Program-made: the position numbers and the translations under genes
IMG/VR virus record: IMGVR_UViG_3300029305_011619
Source of the DNA: an uncultured virus (IMG/VR IMGVR_UViG_3300029305_011619)
Taxonomy: Duplodnaviria; Heunggongvirae; Uroviricota; Caudoviricetes
Reading direction: 5' to 3' (one strand)
Length of the DNA: 64,000 nucleotides
In this document: positions 31,188 to 41,772 of the stretch, in pieces
How positions within the stretch are numbered: the first letter of the stretch is position 1
Layout: each line of letters starts with the position of its first letter
The notes under the pieces: model-generated
The model's database searches: none
Told to the model about the DNA's origin: nothing
The model's input: only the letters and a program-made list of their open reading frames with translations

Positions 31188-32951
31188 TTATTTAACTTTC
31201 GGAGCTCTAAACATAAACAATTCATTTGTACTTTGTTGAGAGCTGGTCTTTTTCTTAATATTTTTTTCAAGTTGACATGCAACATAGTAATTGTAACTCA
31301 AACTTGAATATCTATCTTTTCTTGCACCGCTTTTTTCGATTATTTTTACAAGACCGCCTGATTCTTCGTGTTTAAGATTGATTAGCTCGCTAATAAGCAG
31401 AGTTGTATTAATATACGGCATAGTTAGTAAAACTTTATCAGAAGCAGATAAATTACTGAATCCTTTTATCCCATTCATAGCTTCTTCGCCATCATACTCA
31501 GTTGCCAATAGACGGATTTTATTTGTTTTAAATCCTTCTCTAAGTAAAATGGCACAGTCTGAATTGAATTTAGCGGCACCGTTGATAGCCCAAATTACTT
31601 TTGCTGCACTCTTATCTGCGCATCTTGCGGCCATATCTGCGTTATTACAACACGAAAGAGGAGGGTAACACTCTCCGGTTTCAGGGTCTGTAAGAACCCT
31701 TGCGAGTGCATCGTACACACCAAGACCAACGCCCTTAACATCAAGCACTATGTAATCACATTGGTATTCTTCGTATAATTTGCGAATACGCAATGCTTGG
31801 TCTTCCGTATGTGCGCCCTCTGATGTCTCTGTATAAACAATATTATTAGAATAACGCAATGCTTTTGTTGGAATTAACTGGTTGATAAAAATCGCAGATG
31901 CGTCATTTTTATGCTTCTTGCTAGACATCAACGCAATATCAGCTGATAGTATTCTTTTTTCTCCGTTTTGTTTTGGCTGTATTTTTATTTTTGTATTAGC
32001 TTGTAATTTGATAGCTAATTCTTGTGGTAACATCGGGTATTGAATCTTTCTGTTTTTAGATATCGATTCAAAATTAAAAAATGCACCTTCTGAGTCTCCC
32101 CAGAACTCTGCACACATCTCCATAGTCCACTTGATTTCACTGAAGTCAGATTCTGTCATCTGCTCAATAACCGTTTCCTCCATCAACAATCCGTCTTTTA
32201 ACGCTAATTGATAGGGGAATCCACATACAAAGTCTGTTCTTTTGTCATCGAGCATAAATTTACATGCATCTCTAGCTTTTGTGAAAGCCCAGTGGTCTTT
32301 ATAATACGCAGAGGATAAATACATTGTTTTATTTGGCTCTTTGAGCTCTTTATTTTTCTTATATTCAGGCTTATCAAGATATTTCGGATGTCTTGGAGCA
32401 GCAAGGAATTTTCTCAAAATTGTATCAATAATATCCTTTTTAACCATTCTGAATTCATCGATAATCAATACATGAGCTCTGTTACCTCTACTGCTATCTC
32501 CGGCTGTTACAACCTTGATAAATGACCCGTTCTTGAACATAATCTGTGCATTATTTCCGTTGATATGCGTTTCCTTATCATCAATTTCGTATGCAAGTTC
32601 GGGTGAATTTGGCTTAAGTTCTGTCATAATTTTCTCTAAAACATTTAAGCTCTGACCTCTTGTCCCTGAGGCAATACAAACTTTTGATCCTGGATACAAC
32701 ACACATCTAATACAACAAAAAATTGCACATAGATATGTTTTACCGATACCACGGCATGCAATGAACACAAATAAATTGCTAATGTTCATCATAAATAGTA
32801 GTATTTTTTGAAATAAGTGTAGTTCTAAATGAAGGAAATCTTTTGCAAAACGATGAGGATTCTTACGGTAATAACCCGCCCAGGCTGCAACTCCGTCTAA
32901 TATTCGTTGCTGTCTGGCAGCTTTTGCACTTGTATTATCCATAGGCATCAC
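31188..32951 (-). CDS. Terminase large subunit
   Basis: Walker A ACRGIGKT, Walker B LIIDE, YLSSA coupling motif, nuclease SADIA...ND and RKDRYSS motifs. Confidence 0.9.
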   Translation of the reverse strand: MMPMDNTSAKAARQQRILDGVAAWAGYYRKNPHRFAKDFLHLELHLFQKILLFMMNISNLFVFIACRGIGKTYLCAIFCCIRCVLYPGSKVCIASGTRGQSLNVLEKIMTELKPNSPELAYEIDDKETHINGNNAQIMFKNGSFIKVVTAGDSSRGNRAHVLIIDEFRMVKKDIIDTILRKFLAAPRHPKYLDKPEYKKNKELKEPNKTMYLSSAYYKDHWAFTKARDACKFMLDDKRTDFVCGFPYQLALKDGLLMEETVIEQMTESDFSEIKWTMEMCAEFWGDSEGAFFNFESISKNRKIQYPMLPQELAIKLQANTKIKIQPKQNGEKRILSADIALMSSKKHKNDASAIFINQLIPTKALRYSNNIVYTETSEGAHTEDQALRIRKLYEEYQCDYIVLDVKGVGLGVYDALARVLTDPETGECYPPLSCCNNADMAARCADKSAAKVIWAINGAAKFNSDCAILLREGFKTNKIRLLATEYDGEEAMNGIKGFSNLSASDKVLLTMPYINTTLLISELINLKHEESGGLVKIIEKSGARKDRYSSLSYNYYVACQLEKNIKKKTSSQQSTNELFMFRAPKVK

Positions 32952-33973
32952 TGACTTTCTTCACCGAATATATCATTAAATAAGGCCTCATCATCCTCGT
33001 CTTCAAGGTCAGGTCTGTCAACTCGCAGTTTTTCTAACTCCTGCTCATACAGCTTACAGTATGTGTTTTTAATACCTAACATCTTGCATAAGTGACCTAA
33101 GAACCACACAGAGATATATTTGATAATATTATCAACATCTTTAAACTCCGGATCAGGTTCCGGAATAGGTTTAGAGTTTTCAAAATATCGTATACCGAGA
33201 CCAAATGGTGTTTTATCAAACGCAGTATCAACTGCGTCATCCTGCTTTTTCTGGCTCGGTTTTAGATTTGCACTTCCAAGTAGACTGTTAAGTGCATTAA
33301 CATTTTTCTCAATAGGTTTACCAGCAGCACTGTCCCTGTTAATCGTTGCCTCTAAAATACAAATTTGTTTATAGATAGCCTCCTCGCTTTCTTCGAGAGG
33401 AAGTTGTAGATTTTTAGTCCAATGTTTGTACTTTCTATCTAATTCCAAATAAAAAAGAGGCTCGAATCCAGCGCCCCAAAATTCTATAATGTCGTTTGGT
33501 ACGGTAATGTTATCTCCATCACACTGTGTTTCTACGCTGTTATTTGTGTATAACACAACAGAATTCATTTCATCTAAAGTATCATCAAATGTTTTTCCGA
33601 TATACTTATATAGGTTACTCTTGCTTATATAAGCACGAATCCTTGCGTTTGTAGGACTGCTTTTGCAGGCAATATCATATATTTCTTTATTCCAGTAAAT
33701 ATCAAACTTCAGGCATATTCTTTTGATGGCTTCTTCTTCGCTATTTAATGCGTCTTCATAATGTTCAAACAATTCTTCTATACAGTTATAACAATGGGTT
33801 AGATACCCACCATTACCCTTATACAAGGGACTTTGTGATGCTGGGAAGTTATTCTTTTGCTTCTTATATTTCTTCTTGCATCTGCTGCAATAAAACTCTT
33901 CCGGAGAATCATCTTGCATAGATGGTTTTTTAGGCTTCGTACTTGCAGGCTGAACCTTGCTTATTCTTGGCAT
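32948..33973 (-). CDS. Cys-rich protein upstream of terminase (possible small terminase subunit)
   Basis: CSRC...HCYNC motif; overlaps the large terminase start. Confidence 0.45.
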   Translation of the reverse strand: MPRISKVQPASTKPKKPSMQDDSPEEFYCSRCKKKYKKQKNNFPASQSPLYKGNGGYLTHCYNCIEELFEHYEDALNSEEEAIKRICLKFDIYWNKEIYDIACKSSPTNARIRAYISKSNLYKYIGKTFDDTLDEMNSVVLYTNNSVETQCDGDNITVPNDIIEFWGAGFEPLFYLELDRKYKHWTKNLQLPLEESEEAIYKQICILEATINRDSAAGKPIEKNVNALNSLLGSANLKPSQKKQDDAVDTAFDKTPFGLGIRYFENSKPIPEPDPEFKDVDNIIKYISVWFLGHLCKMLGIKNTYCKLYEQELEKLRVDRPDLEDEDDEALFNDIFGEESQ

Positions 33974-33982
33974 TTAACCACC

Positions 33983-34291
33983 TTACTCTCTGATCAAGCC
34001 TTCTTTAACAGCTCGTTTTAGTAACTTTCCTGCCGTAAATTTCGGAGCTTTATATGCCGGAACAGTTATTTTTTCCTGTGTATGCATATCTACTACTTCG
34101 CGCTCTACGTGCTCTTTTACAGAAAAGGTTCCAAATCCGTGCAACTGAACGGATTCTCCTTCGACCAACGCCTCCGTTAAAACTTTCTTAACATCTTCTA
34201 AAATAATTGCTGCTGCGCTTTTGGTATATCCTAATTGTGTAAATCTTTCGATTAAATCATTTCTTTTTAACATTCTTATGTATCCTTTCAT
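33983..34291 (-). CDS. hup: HU/IHF-family DNA-binding protein
   Basis: GESVQLHGFGTFSV...PAYKAPKFTAGKLLKRAV signature. Confidence 0.9.
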   Translation of the reverse strand: MKGYIRMLKRNDLIERFTQLGYTKSAAAIILEDVKKVLTEALVEGESVQLHGFGTFSVKEHVEREVVDMHTQEKITVPAYKAPKFTAGKLLKRAVKEGLIRE

Positions 34292-34306
34292 TCCTTAAGT
34301 AGTTTA

Positions 34307-35344
34307 TTACAAGTCATTTAATGACTTTTTATTTGATATTTGTATATCTCCGTCTTTAAAATAGTTAGCAAACTGTTCTTCTGCCTCGCAGTCGTTATAT
34401 ATAGATACCATATCCAGATTAGACCACTGTGCTAATTCCTTAATTACAGTCTCTGGTAGTCCGGCTCTAATCAGTCCGGTAGTCCAGCTATGTCTTAATG
34501 AATGCATATAAAAATCTACATTCAATATTCTTCCAAATGTATTAGCCCAGCTTGTCAATGTTGCTGTTTTAATATGTTCTTTTGGATTGTTTTTGTCTGG
34601 GAAAAGCCATTCGCTTTCTATTCCGTTATTTTCTCTATATTCCATCCATAAATCAAAATATGGTTTGAATTTCTTGGCTAATGTGTAGCAGTAAATCTGT
34701 TTACCGTTAACACCTCGTCCTTTTGTTTTAATTTTCTCACTTGTTTTATATAACGCTCCGTCACAGATTAAATTATCATCCTTAAAATAATCTGTCTTAA
34801 ATAAAATGAGCTCCGCTTTTCTTCTTCCGGAGCATACAGCGAGTGCAACAAGACACGCTTTATCATATTTTTTCTTCTGAACAAGATATTCTAATAATTG
34901 GTCTATCTGATTATCTTCCAGCACTGTTTTTTCTCTAACAGGCTGATTTACGGGATTTTCTATTTTATGTATTATATTTTTAAAATTTGGGAACTCATCG
35001 TCCATAACAGATTCGATGTAATTTGATAAGCTGGATAATGTAGCCTTAATTCTTCTAACACGAGCAGGGCTGTTTTTATTATCGTTAATCAGCCAGTTTT
35101 GAAAAGCTACTATATCTCTTTTACTCCAATTAATAAAGAATTTATTACTATTATTCTTTAATCCCCAAACCATAGCTATATCTAAATCGTTTTTATATAC
35201 AGAGATTGTGGTTTCGCTTCTTTGTATTGACTTTAAATAACTAATATAGTCTTCGATCAGCCTTTTGTTTTCAGGGTTTACCTGTGATAATAGGGTGGGG
35301 TTTGTAATATTGTTTTTCTGTGTTTTTCTTGGCAACAGTCTCAT
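34307..35344 (-). CDS. Tyrosine recombinase (XerC/D-like)
   Basis: SGRRKAEL, HSLRH, W in place of the last His, and catalytic Y (MVSIY). Confidence 0.85.
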   Translation of the reverse strand: MRLLPRKTQKNNITNPTLLSQVNPENKRLIEDYISYLKSIQRSETTISVYKNDLDIAMVWGLKNNSNKFFINWSKRDIVAFQNWLINDNKNSPARVRRIKATLSSLSNYIESVMDDEFPNFKNIIHKIENPVNQPVREKTVLEDNQIDQLLEYLVQKKKYDKACLVALAVCSGRRKAELILFKTDYFKDDNLICDGALYKTSEKIKTKGRGVNGKQIYCYTLAKKFKPYFDLWMEYRENNGIESEWLFPDKNNPKEHIKTATLTSWANTFGRILNVDFYMHSLRHSWTTGLIRAGLPETVIKELAQWSNLDMVSIYNDCEAEEQFANYFKDGDIQISNKKSLNDL

Positions 35345-35358
35345 CCTCTCGTTATTAA

Positions 35359-36558
35359 TTACTCAAGACCGATGTCATAGTTACATACAATACCCGTATC
35401 GTTTACAATGGATACTAGTTGCTCTGGTCGTCCAAATATACGCTTTGCAATGCAGTGACTATCAACTCCCTGCATAGAGCCAGCCATAATCATTTTGATG
35501 CCCTGATAAATGTCTGTGCAATTATGATGCATATGTCCATACAAAACTGCGTAAATCGGTTTGCGAATCATCGCCTGTAAATCTAAAATTTTACCTTTGC
35601 CGATATCGTAATCTCCGTGACTTCCAACATAATTAAGACCTCTAACATTCACAACATACATACTTGTATCAATCTTATCAGAAGTATCAAATAATATATT
35701 ATCAATATGATTAAGTCTTGCCTTACAATACCACTCTACGAGATCATCAAGTCTTTCATCTTTTAAGGCGTTATCTTTTTTGTCGATTCTTGAATGATTC
35801 CCGGATACAGAAACGAATCTGACTGTTTTAAAATACTTTGAAAGCTCCGCAAGGAATCCTGATATTAGTTCTGAAACACCCATTATCTGCTCGATAACAT
35901 TTTCTTTATTGGTTATTGTAATTTCATTATGTATATTTCCAGATATCTCATCTCCGTTACACCAAACGACTGCATTTTCTGTCTGGTGGCGACTCTGTAT
36001 GTCGATAATAGCATTTAGATATTTCACAAATCTTTCTCTACAAACATCAGAATTATAAACATTCCAAGCGTTTTTAATATTTGCTCCATAATGAATATCT
36101 GTAAGTGATATCAACATATCGCAATCTGAAATGACAAATTGCTCTTCTCTCGTGAAATTGAGCGCAGGAAGATTACCGCTGTTAACAACATCATCAATAA
36201 TTTCATTGATTTCCTCTTGTCGAGCACGAGTCCTTAGTAGTTTGTTGTATGCATTACGTTCATCAAAAAATTTATATCTTTCTTTTTGTAACTCCTGCTG
36301 TCTCTTTGCAATCTGCTGGTGGTATTCATCTGATATCATTTTAGAGAATACTTCATCATAGAATGCCTTTGCTTGCTGATATTTTTTTCTATATGCAGAT
36401 TCTCCCAACCACTCTGTTTCGTCTGGGTATAAAGAGTTATTCATAATTATAGCTAATTCTTCCCATGTTACATCAAGCAATCCACTATCCTTAGCGGAAC
36501 AAATACGCCAGATATACTGTAATTCAGACTCATTGCTTGCTTTTTTTATATCTACCAT
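35359..36558 (-). CDS. Metallophosphoesterase (calcineurin-like) phage protein
   Basis: DIHYG, GDEISG, GNHSR, HGD and GHMHH motifs. Confidence 0.8.
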   Translation of the reverse strand: MVDIKKASNESELQYIWRICSAKDSGLLDVTWEELAIIMNNSLYPDETEWLGESAYRKKYQQAKAFYDEVFSKMISDEYHQQIAKRQQELQKERYKFFDERNAYNKLLRTRARQEEINEIIDDVVNSGNLPALNFTREEQFVISDCDMLISLTDIHYGANIKNAWNVYNSDVCRERFVKYLNAIIDIQSRHQTENAVVWCNGDEISGNIHNEITITNKENVIEQIMGVSELISGFLAELSKYFKTVRFVSVSGNHSRIDKKDNALKDERLDDLVEWYCKARLNHIDNILFDTSDKIDTSMYVVNVRGLNYVGSHGDYDIGKGKILDLQAMIRKPIYAVLYGHMHHNCTDIYQGIKMIMAGSMQGVDSHCIAKRIFGRPEQLVSIVNDTGIVCNYDIGLE

Positions 36559-36563
36559 ATATC

Positions 36564-36710
36564 CTACTCCTTACCACTATTGTAGTTGCTTAAGAATTTG
36601 ACTGCCTTCGGATTTTCATTCATATAGTACTTATGTGTAGTTCTATGAATGTGCACATACGGGAAATATTTGCGTACCATTTTAGCTTCGTCTTTTGTAA
36701 TTCTGATCAT
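36564..36710 (-). CDS. Small hypothetical protein (48 aa)
   Basis: Read by hand: AAAGGA RBS, MIRITKDEAKMVRKYFP... Confidence 0.5.
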   Translation of the reverse strand: MIRITKDEAKMVRKYFPYVHIHRTTHKYYMNENPKAVKFLSNYNSGKE

Positions 36711-36778
36711 AAAAAATTCCTTTCGTTCCTAAATATTGATGCTTTTTGCATGCACAAATAAGAAATTTTCATGCATTA

Positions 36779-36805
36779 AAAAAAGCCCGAAATCTCGGGC
36801 TTTTT
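36779..36805. terminator. Intrinsic terminator (bidirectional shape)
   Basis: AAAAAGCCCGA-aatc-TCGGGCTTTTT. Confidence 0.7.
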
Positions 36806-36830
36806 GAGGTAGTCATAAATCAAAAATTTT

Positions 36831-37586
36831 CTATATTGTTATAATATGCTTATTGTAATATCTCTCGATTGTTTTATTTCTGTTCATATCCACGGCACAA
36901 TCTTTGCAGTATTTTTGAGTTCTTCCTGTTCTTTTTATAACCAGTCCGCAGCAACTGCACTCCATATAGTCGCCGCCTATATATCTCATGTATTGGTTTC
37001 CTAAGTTTCTAAAATCTGTTATGAATATAGCTTCTTCTCCGTCATAGTCAACATTTTCAATACGGATATTCATATTATCTATGATATGACTAAACTTTAT
37101 ATATCCGTTTGTATATAAATCGTTTAATATTAAAGATTGATTATTTGTTGATATCATAGTGTTTGATAGTTTGAAAATTTCTTTATCTGTTTTATTTACC
37201 CAGTTGTTATTTTTCTTGTTTATCGCATTACTGTATTTTGCGAGACACAGTAGTGTAAACATTACTCTTCGTGCCCGGATACTCTTTATATTCTGGATAT
37301 AATGTATTTCATTATGAGTAATTGAAACTCCGTCGATTTGTATTAATTCATATTTTCCGGCATTTGCTACTATTTTATCGATTAACGGTTGAAATCTTAC
37401 GATATTAATCATAGGGTCGCTTTTTATTAAAAAGTCTTTCAACAGTTCTTCTATTTTAGATTTGTTGTATCCATGATGATGGTAATACCTTGCGACTCTG
37501 CTTAATAATTCCGATGGTTTATTGGGAAGATATGGATCTCTTAAAATATCTTCTATATAATTCTTCTCATTTAATATAACATTCAT
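36831..37586 (-). CDS. Hypothetical protein with a C-terminal zinc ribbon
   Basis: CSCCG...QKYCKDC; coupled to the RNAP gene. Confidence 0.55.
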   Translation of the reverse strand: MNVILNEKNYIEDILRDPYLPNKPSELLSRVARYYHHHGYNKSKIEELLKDFLIKSDPMINIVRFQPLIDKIVANAGKYELIQIDGVSITHNEIHYIQNIKSIRARRVMFTLLCLAKYSNAINKKNNNWVNKTDKEIFKLSNTMISTNNQSLILNDLYTNGYIKFSHIIDNMNIRIENVDYDGEEAIFITDFRNLGNQYMRYIGGDYMECSCCGLVIKRTGRTQKYCKDCAVDMNRNKTIERYYNKHIITI

Positions 37587-40500
37587 TGCTGTATAACCTC
37601 CTTACAAAACATTGAAAATTTTAATCCCTTAAATTCTATATCGCCATTTTCATCTTTGATAGGGAAGGCTATGCATTTATTTTTATTGATTAAATTTTGT
37701 ACAATTTCTTCTCCACAGATATCCCAGCAAAATTGTTTTGAGTTATTGTTGTTATAACATATATCTAAAACGATATCGCACAACTGCTCTCCGTTTGAGC
37801 ATACAAATTCACAATCTCTTATAAAATTTTCGCGCAACATCATTCGTTTGTGCTTTCTTACCTCGTCATCTATTCTTTCTTTGCGAGATATACATGAAAA
37901 TTCACGCAACCTTTTTGTATACCCCTCGTAAAGCTTCTGTATCGTCCTGTATTGAGTTAAAGAGTAACCGACGTCACTTTTCATTATGGAATAATCAAAG
38001 TCATTTCTAGAGGCGTTTTTGAGCAAAATTTGGTCGAATTCATCCTCGAATCTTTTACATATCTTATTCATAATGCAATCGTTAGTGCCTACCGGCATAC
38101 GTATATGGTAATACTTTATAAATTCAGCTTCTCTTTCGGTTAAATCAGTCACATCTTTTGCTAAAAGCTCTTCTATCGGTATCCTAAACTCTCTGTAGCA
38201 TTTTTTATTTGTATTTTTTATATATGTATCATATATAGCGGATAGCTTTGGATATATGTATTTCATAAAGTATGGTTTCTTATCAGCTATAATTCTTATA
38301 TTTAATTCATATGATTCATTTTCCGATGGTGTCGTTTCTTGATTTGGTTTATTTGAGAATTTGTTATACCAGTATTTAGGCATCGGTTTTGCTATAATTC
38401 CTTTGGCTTTATCTCCTTATTACCCTCGGTTTCCCGATATTTATTAGGGGAGTAGACTATATCTTCATCCTGCGTATCGCAGGAGCACGGCGCTTCCCAT
38501 CGCGGATTTTCACCGTAATGGTACAGACTTCATAGTCTCAATGAGACTGTATGTCTTAGTCGTTTCACCTTCCAAACCGTCACCGGTTTAGCTTGGCACA
38601 GAGTTTACATATATGTTGTTTATTATGCGTTAGCCCATCTTCTATATGTAGCGATATTGTACACAGTGTGACGTGGAATATTCAATTCCTGGCTAATTTC
38701 TTTATATGATTTGTTTTCTTGTTCGTGTAACCGTCGTATTTCATAAACCGTTTCGATTGTTAATTTAGAGCCGTTCGGTCGTGTTCGCTGTAATTCCGAA
38801 AAATTACGCTTAGATTCATCACTCCATTTATAACCCGACGCGCACTCCGCCATCTTTTTACCATGTTTCATTCTATCTTCGACAGTCCATGATTTATATC
38901 TATTTCTATGAGACTCTGACATTTTAGCTCTAGTTTCATCAGAAGTTTTTCTACCAGTCATACTCACTCTATTCTTTTCTCCGATCTTGCGCTTAGTTTC
39001 TTCACTTAAATGACTTCCTAAAAGAAACCCGCCATCTCCGCCGTCAAGTATATTGTATGACTTGTCTTGATCTCTATATTGTTTAATATATTTTCTTTCC
39101 AGATTATCTAGGCACGAAACATCACTAGCGGATTCTATGACCCGGAATTCAAAAGCGTCTTTACCATATTTCTTCCACGCGTGTTGTAAATGCGGATTGT
39201 CGTGATATCCTCTATTAAGTTGCGAACGATGGCAGTCCCATCTGTCACCGAAGTTCATACCGGTTTTACCGATATATGATTTACCATTTACAAGGTTGGT
39301 TATTCTATAAATACCAAACTCTTTATATATATTCATAACAAGCACTCCTTTCGGAGATATATTTTTTCGTTAATATTTTAATTTTAAACAACATACTTAG
39401 TATTTCTCTGTTAGCACCCATACGGGCACACCCTGTATTTACAGGTTCACCGTGTTTAGCATACACATTACTGTGTAAGGCGACTAATGTTTAATCGCAT
39501 TTTGCTGATATAGCTGACCACACATGATACGGTAGCTTAATTCTTTATACTCTATAGATTCTGGTTCAAACTTCGACCTAACCTCAAACATCGATGTAAT
39601 CCGGTTTGTTGTCTTGCCAATTTCATCCCCAAAACTATCTATATTCGATTGTATTAGGTTGTTCTCCGTAGGAATCACCTTAACTGCGTTTCGCTGCACA
39701 CACATAATTGTAGGTAGTTGTTTATGATTTTCAACCAATACTTTATTGTCTGTTAGTAAAACCAAATCTCCATCTTTATCCATTCCATTCATAGCATGGG
39801 CTGTGCTATCCCAGGAGTTGAGTATTGTACAGGTAGTCATGTATCTATACCAGTACTGCATTTCTTCGGTGTTTGATACATTCATAACCCTAATATTATT
39901 ATGGCAAGTCATCGGTGCCCTAAAACATGCAACTCTATCTGTATTCAAGTCTGACCAGTATTTATTGTATAACTCTCCGGCAGATAGTAGTCCTGTTACT
40001 TCAAGACCGAACACGCTTTGGCATAATGAGTACGGGTCTCCAGAAACAATCGAGTAGTTTCCGTGGATGTTTAATACACCGATTTTTGCATCATTGATAA
40101 TCTTTCGTATCATTTGATATATTCTTTTCTTAACGAACGGATCGTCAAATATTCTTTTATCAGCCATCATCGCTTTGGTGAAATCTGAATCGCCATGCAT
40201 AGCATTTTCTTCTGTTAGATTTTTACCTCTTAAAAATATAATAGATTTTCGGTAATCCCCAACCAAAATGTCATTAATATAGTCTACAGTAGGCTGTATC
40301 AACTCGTTTATCTGTTCGTCGTTTAAGTCATAGCTTTGAATAAACTGATAGTTTAATTGCCGTTCAGACTCAAGATACTTTGGACAAGTCTTAGAGATAC
40401 CGAAAGTATATTTATTCTCTTTACAGCACGCCATATAGTGTTCAATGCTATCATATGAGCTCCACAGCTTCAACATTGAGGCTGTAAGTATTAATTCGAC

Positions 40501-41403
40501 ATTTGAAATATCTATCTTATTTCCCCATACGTCTGTCACAATTCTTGTTCCAGCTACATTGTCAGCGAAGTCTATAAAATCAAATGTGTAAGCCATACCT
40601 TTTTCCCAGGAGCATCGCGTGTTGGCACCACTCATAATATAATCAAGACCAAGCTCGTTTGACCATCGCTCAGCGAGGGAGGGGAGCATTAACCCATATC
40701 CGTCTGATTCTGTGAGTTTTATTTTAGCGTTTTTAATATACGTAAGTATCGGCTCATCAGAATCTTCATCTGTTAAATTGATAATATCTTCTTCAAATTC
40801 TGTCTCGCAGTCGTTCACGACTAAAATTCCATTTGGTATTGATACCGGAATCGACCCGCTGCATGTGAGAGCGCGGTATGCCTCTAATTTAGCAGGTATT
40901 AATTTTGTCTCCGGGTTTCTACCGTTGTCAATTCGTTTCTTTAACTCCGGAGCTAGCCTACTACTAACAAATACAATGGTAGAATTTTTGACTCCTCCGT
41001 TTGTTCCAAGCAACCTAGTGTATGATACGTCGTTTATCTTAAATCCCTTGCAAGCACGCTTGTAATCAGACTTGTTATCTATTATTAAACATAAATAGTC
41101 CTTTTTGAACTGGATTTCATCAAGTTTTTCGTATAAACTGCGTATTTCTCGCCTATTTGCTAGTGAATTTTCCTGTTTTTTGATGTGTTTTATACGGCTT
41201 CTTATTTCTCTTCCTTTAGTATCGCTATCTTCTACGCCATTTAACTCATCAATCCATCTTATCATCTGGCTATCATTTAATGATACCACCTCTTCATTCT
41301 TCCTCGCCTGTATTAAAGGAAGTGTCAGATTCCATTTTGCTTTTCGTAATCTCGAACTGTGTATTTTATATATGTATCGTTGTAATGTGAGTTGTTTAGA
41401 AAT
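37583..41403 (-). CDS. YonO-like single-subunit (RdRP-fold) phage RNA polymerase; exons 41403-39494 and 38414-37583, 913 aa when spliced
   Basis: Catalytic GMDKDGD (DxDGD), FRAP and SDGYG motifs. Splicing restores QQNAI-DKAKGIIAKPMPK in frame (1910+832=2742 nt). Probable ATT start at 41403, 8 nt after GGAG. Confidence 0.85.
38415..39493 (-). mobile_element. Group I self-splicing intron in the RNAP gene
   Basis: P1 helix GCGAU/GUCGC with a U-G wobble at the 5' splice site; terminal omega-G; core elements GAAACGACUAA (R) and GAAGAUAUAGUCUA (S); encloses a homing endonuclease ORF. Confidence 0.9.
38623..39336 (-). CDS. Intron-encoded GIY-YIG homing endonuclease with NUMOD3-like repeats and a C-terminal HTH
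   Basis: GIYRITNLVNGKSYIG, R...H, E, YNI; HLSEETKRKIG/KTSDETRAKMSE repeats; RBS before ATG 39336. Confidence 0.92.
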   Translation of the reverse strand: MNIYKEFGIYRITNLVNGKSYIGKTGMNFGDRWDCHRSQLNRGYHDNPHLQHAWKKYGKDAFEFRVIESASDVSCLDNLERKYIKQYRDQDKSYNILDGGDGGFLLGSHLSEETKRKIGEKNRVSMTGRKTSDETRAKMSESHRNRYKSWTVEDRMKHGKKMAECASGYKWSDESKRNFSELQRTRPNGSKLTIETVYEIRRLHEQENKSYKEISQELNIPRHTVYNIATYRRWANA

Positions 41404-41436
41404 AACGCATTCTCCTTTCTGTAATATGCTATTGTG

Positions 41437-41733
41437 TTAATTAACGGATATGCATTCATCGTCATCATAATAACCCAGACTGATAAATCTATCATCTTGC
41501 CTTGATTTTATTGCAATCATTTTACTATACATAGCCATATATGCGTATTTCCTAAATTTCACGCCTTTTTTTGGATCGAACTTTATGGCAGCCCTGCATA
41601 AACAAACAGCGGCTTCTCCGTACCAATCTATCACATCGTTTTCTGTCAAACCGTTAACATTCATAAAGTAATATATCAAATCGTGATGATCTTCAACTAA
41701 TTTTCGTTGGTCGTCTGTTAATCTTTCTGTCAT
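41437..41733 (-). CDS. Short sigma-factor region-2-like protein
   Basis: LVEDHHDLIY...EAAVCLCRAAIKFDPKKGVKFRKYAY resembles sigma70 region 2.2-2.3; no region 4. Confidence 0.65.
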   Translation of the reverse strand: MTERLTDDQRKLVEDHHDLIYYFMNVNGLTENDVIDWYGEAAVCLCRAAIKFDPKKGVKFRKYAYMAMYSKMIAIKSRQDDRFISLGYYDDDECISVN

Positions 41734-41772
41734 TTGTGTGTATCTCCTTATGTATTATATAATAACAGGACG

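Noticed and set aside
37583..38383. 266-aa ORF as an independent gene
   Set aside because: It is exon 2 of the intron-split RNA polymerase; the frame continues upstream to the 3' splice site at 38414.
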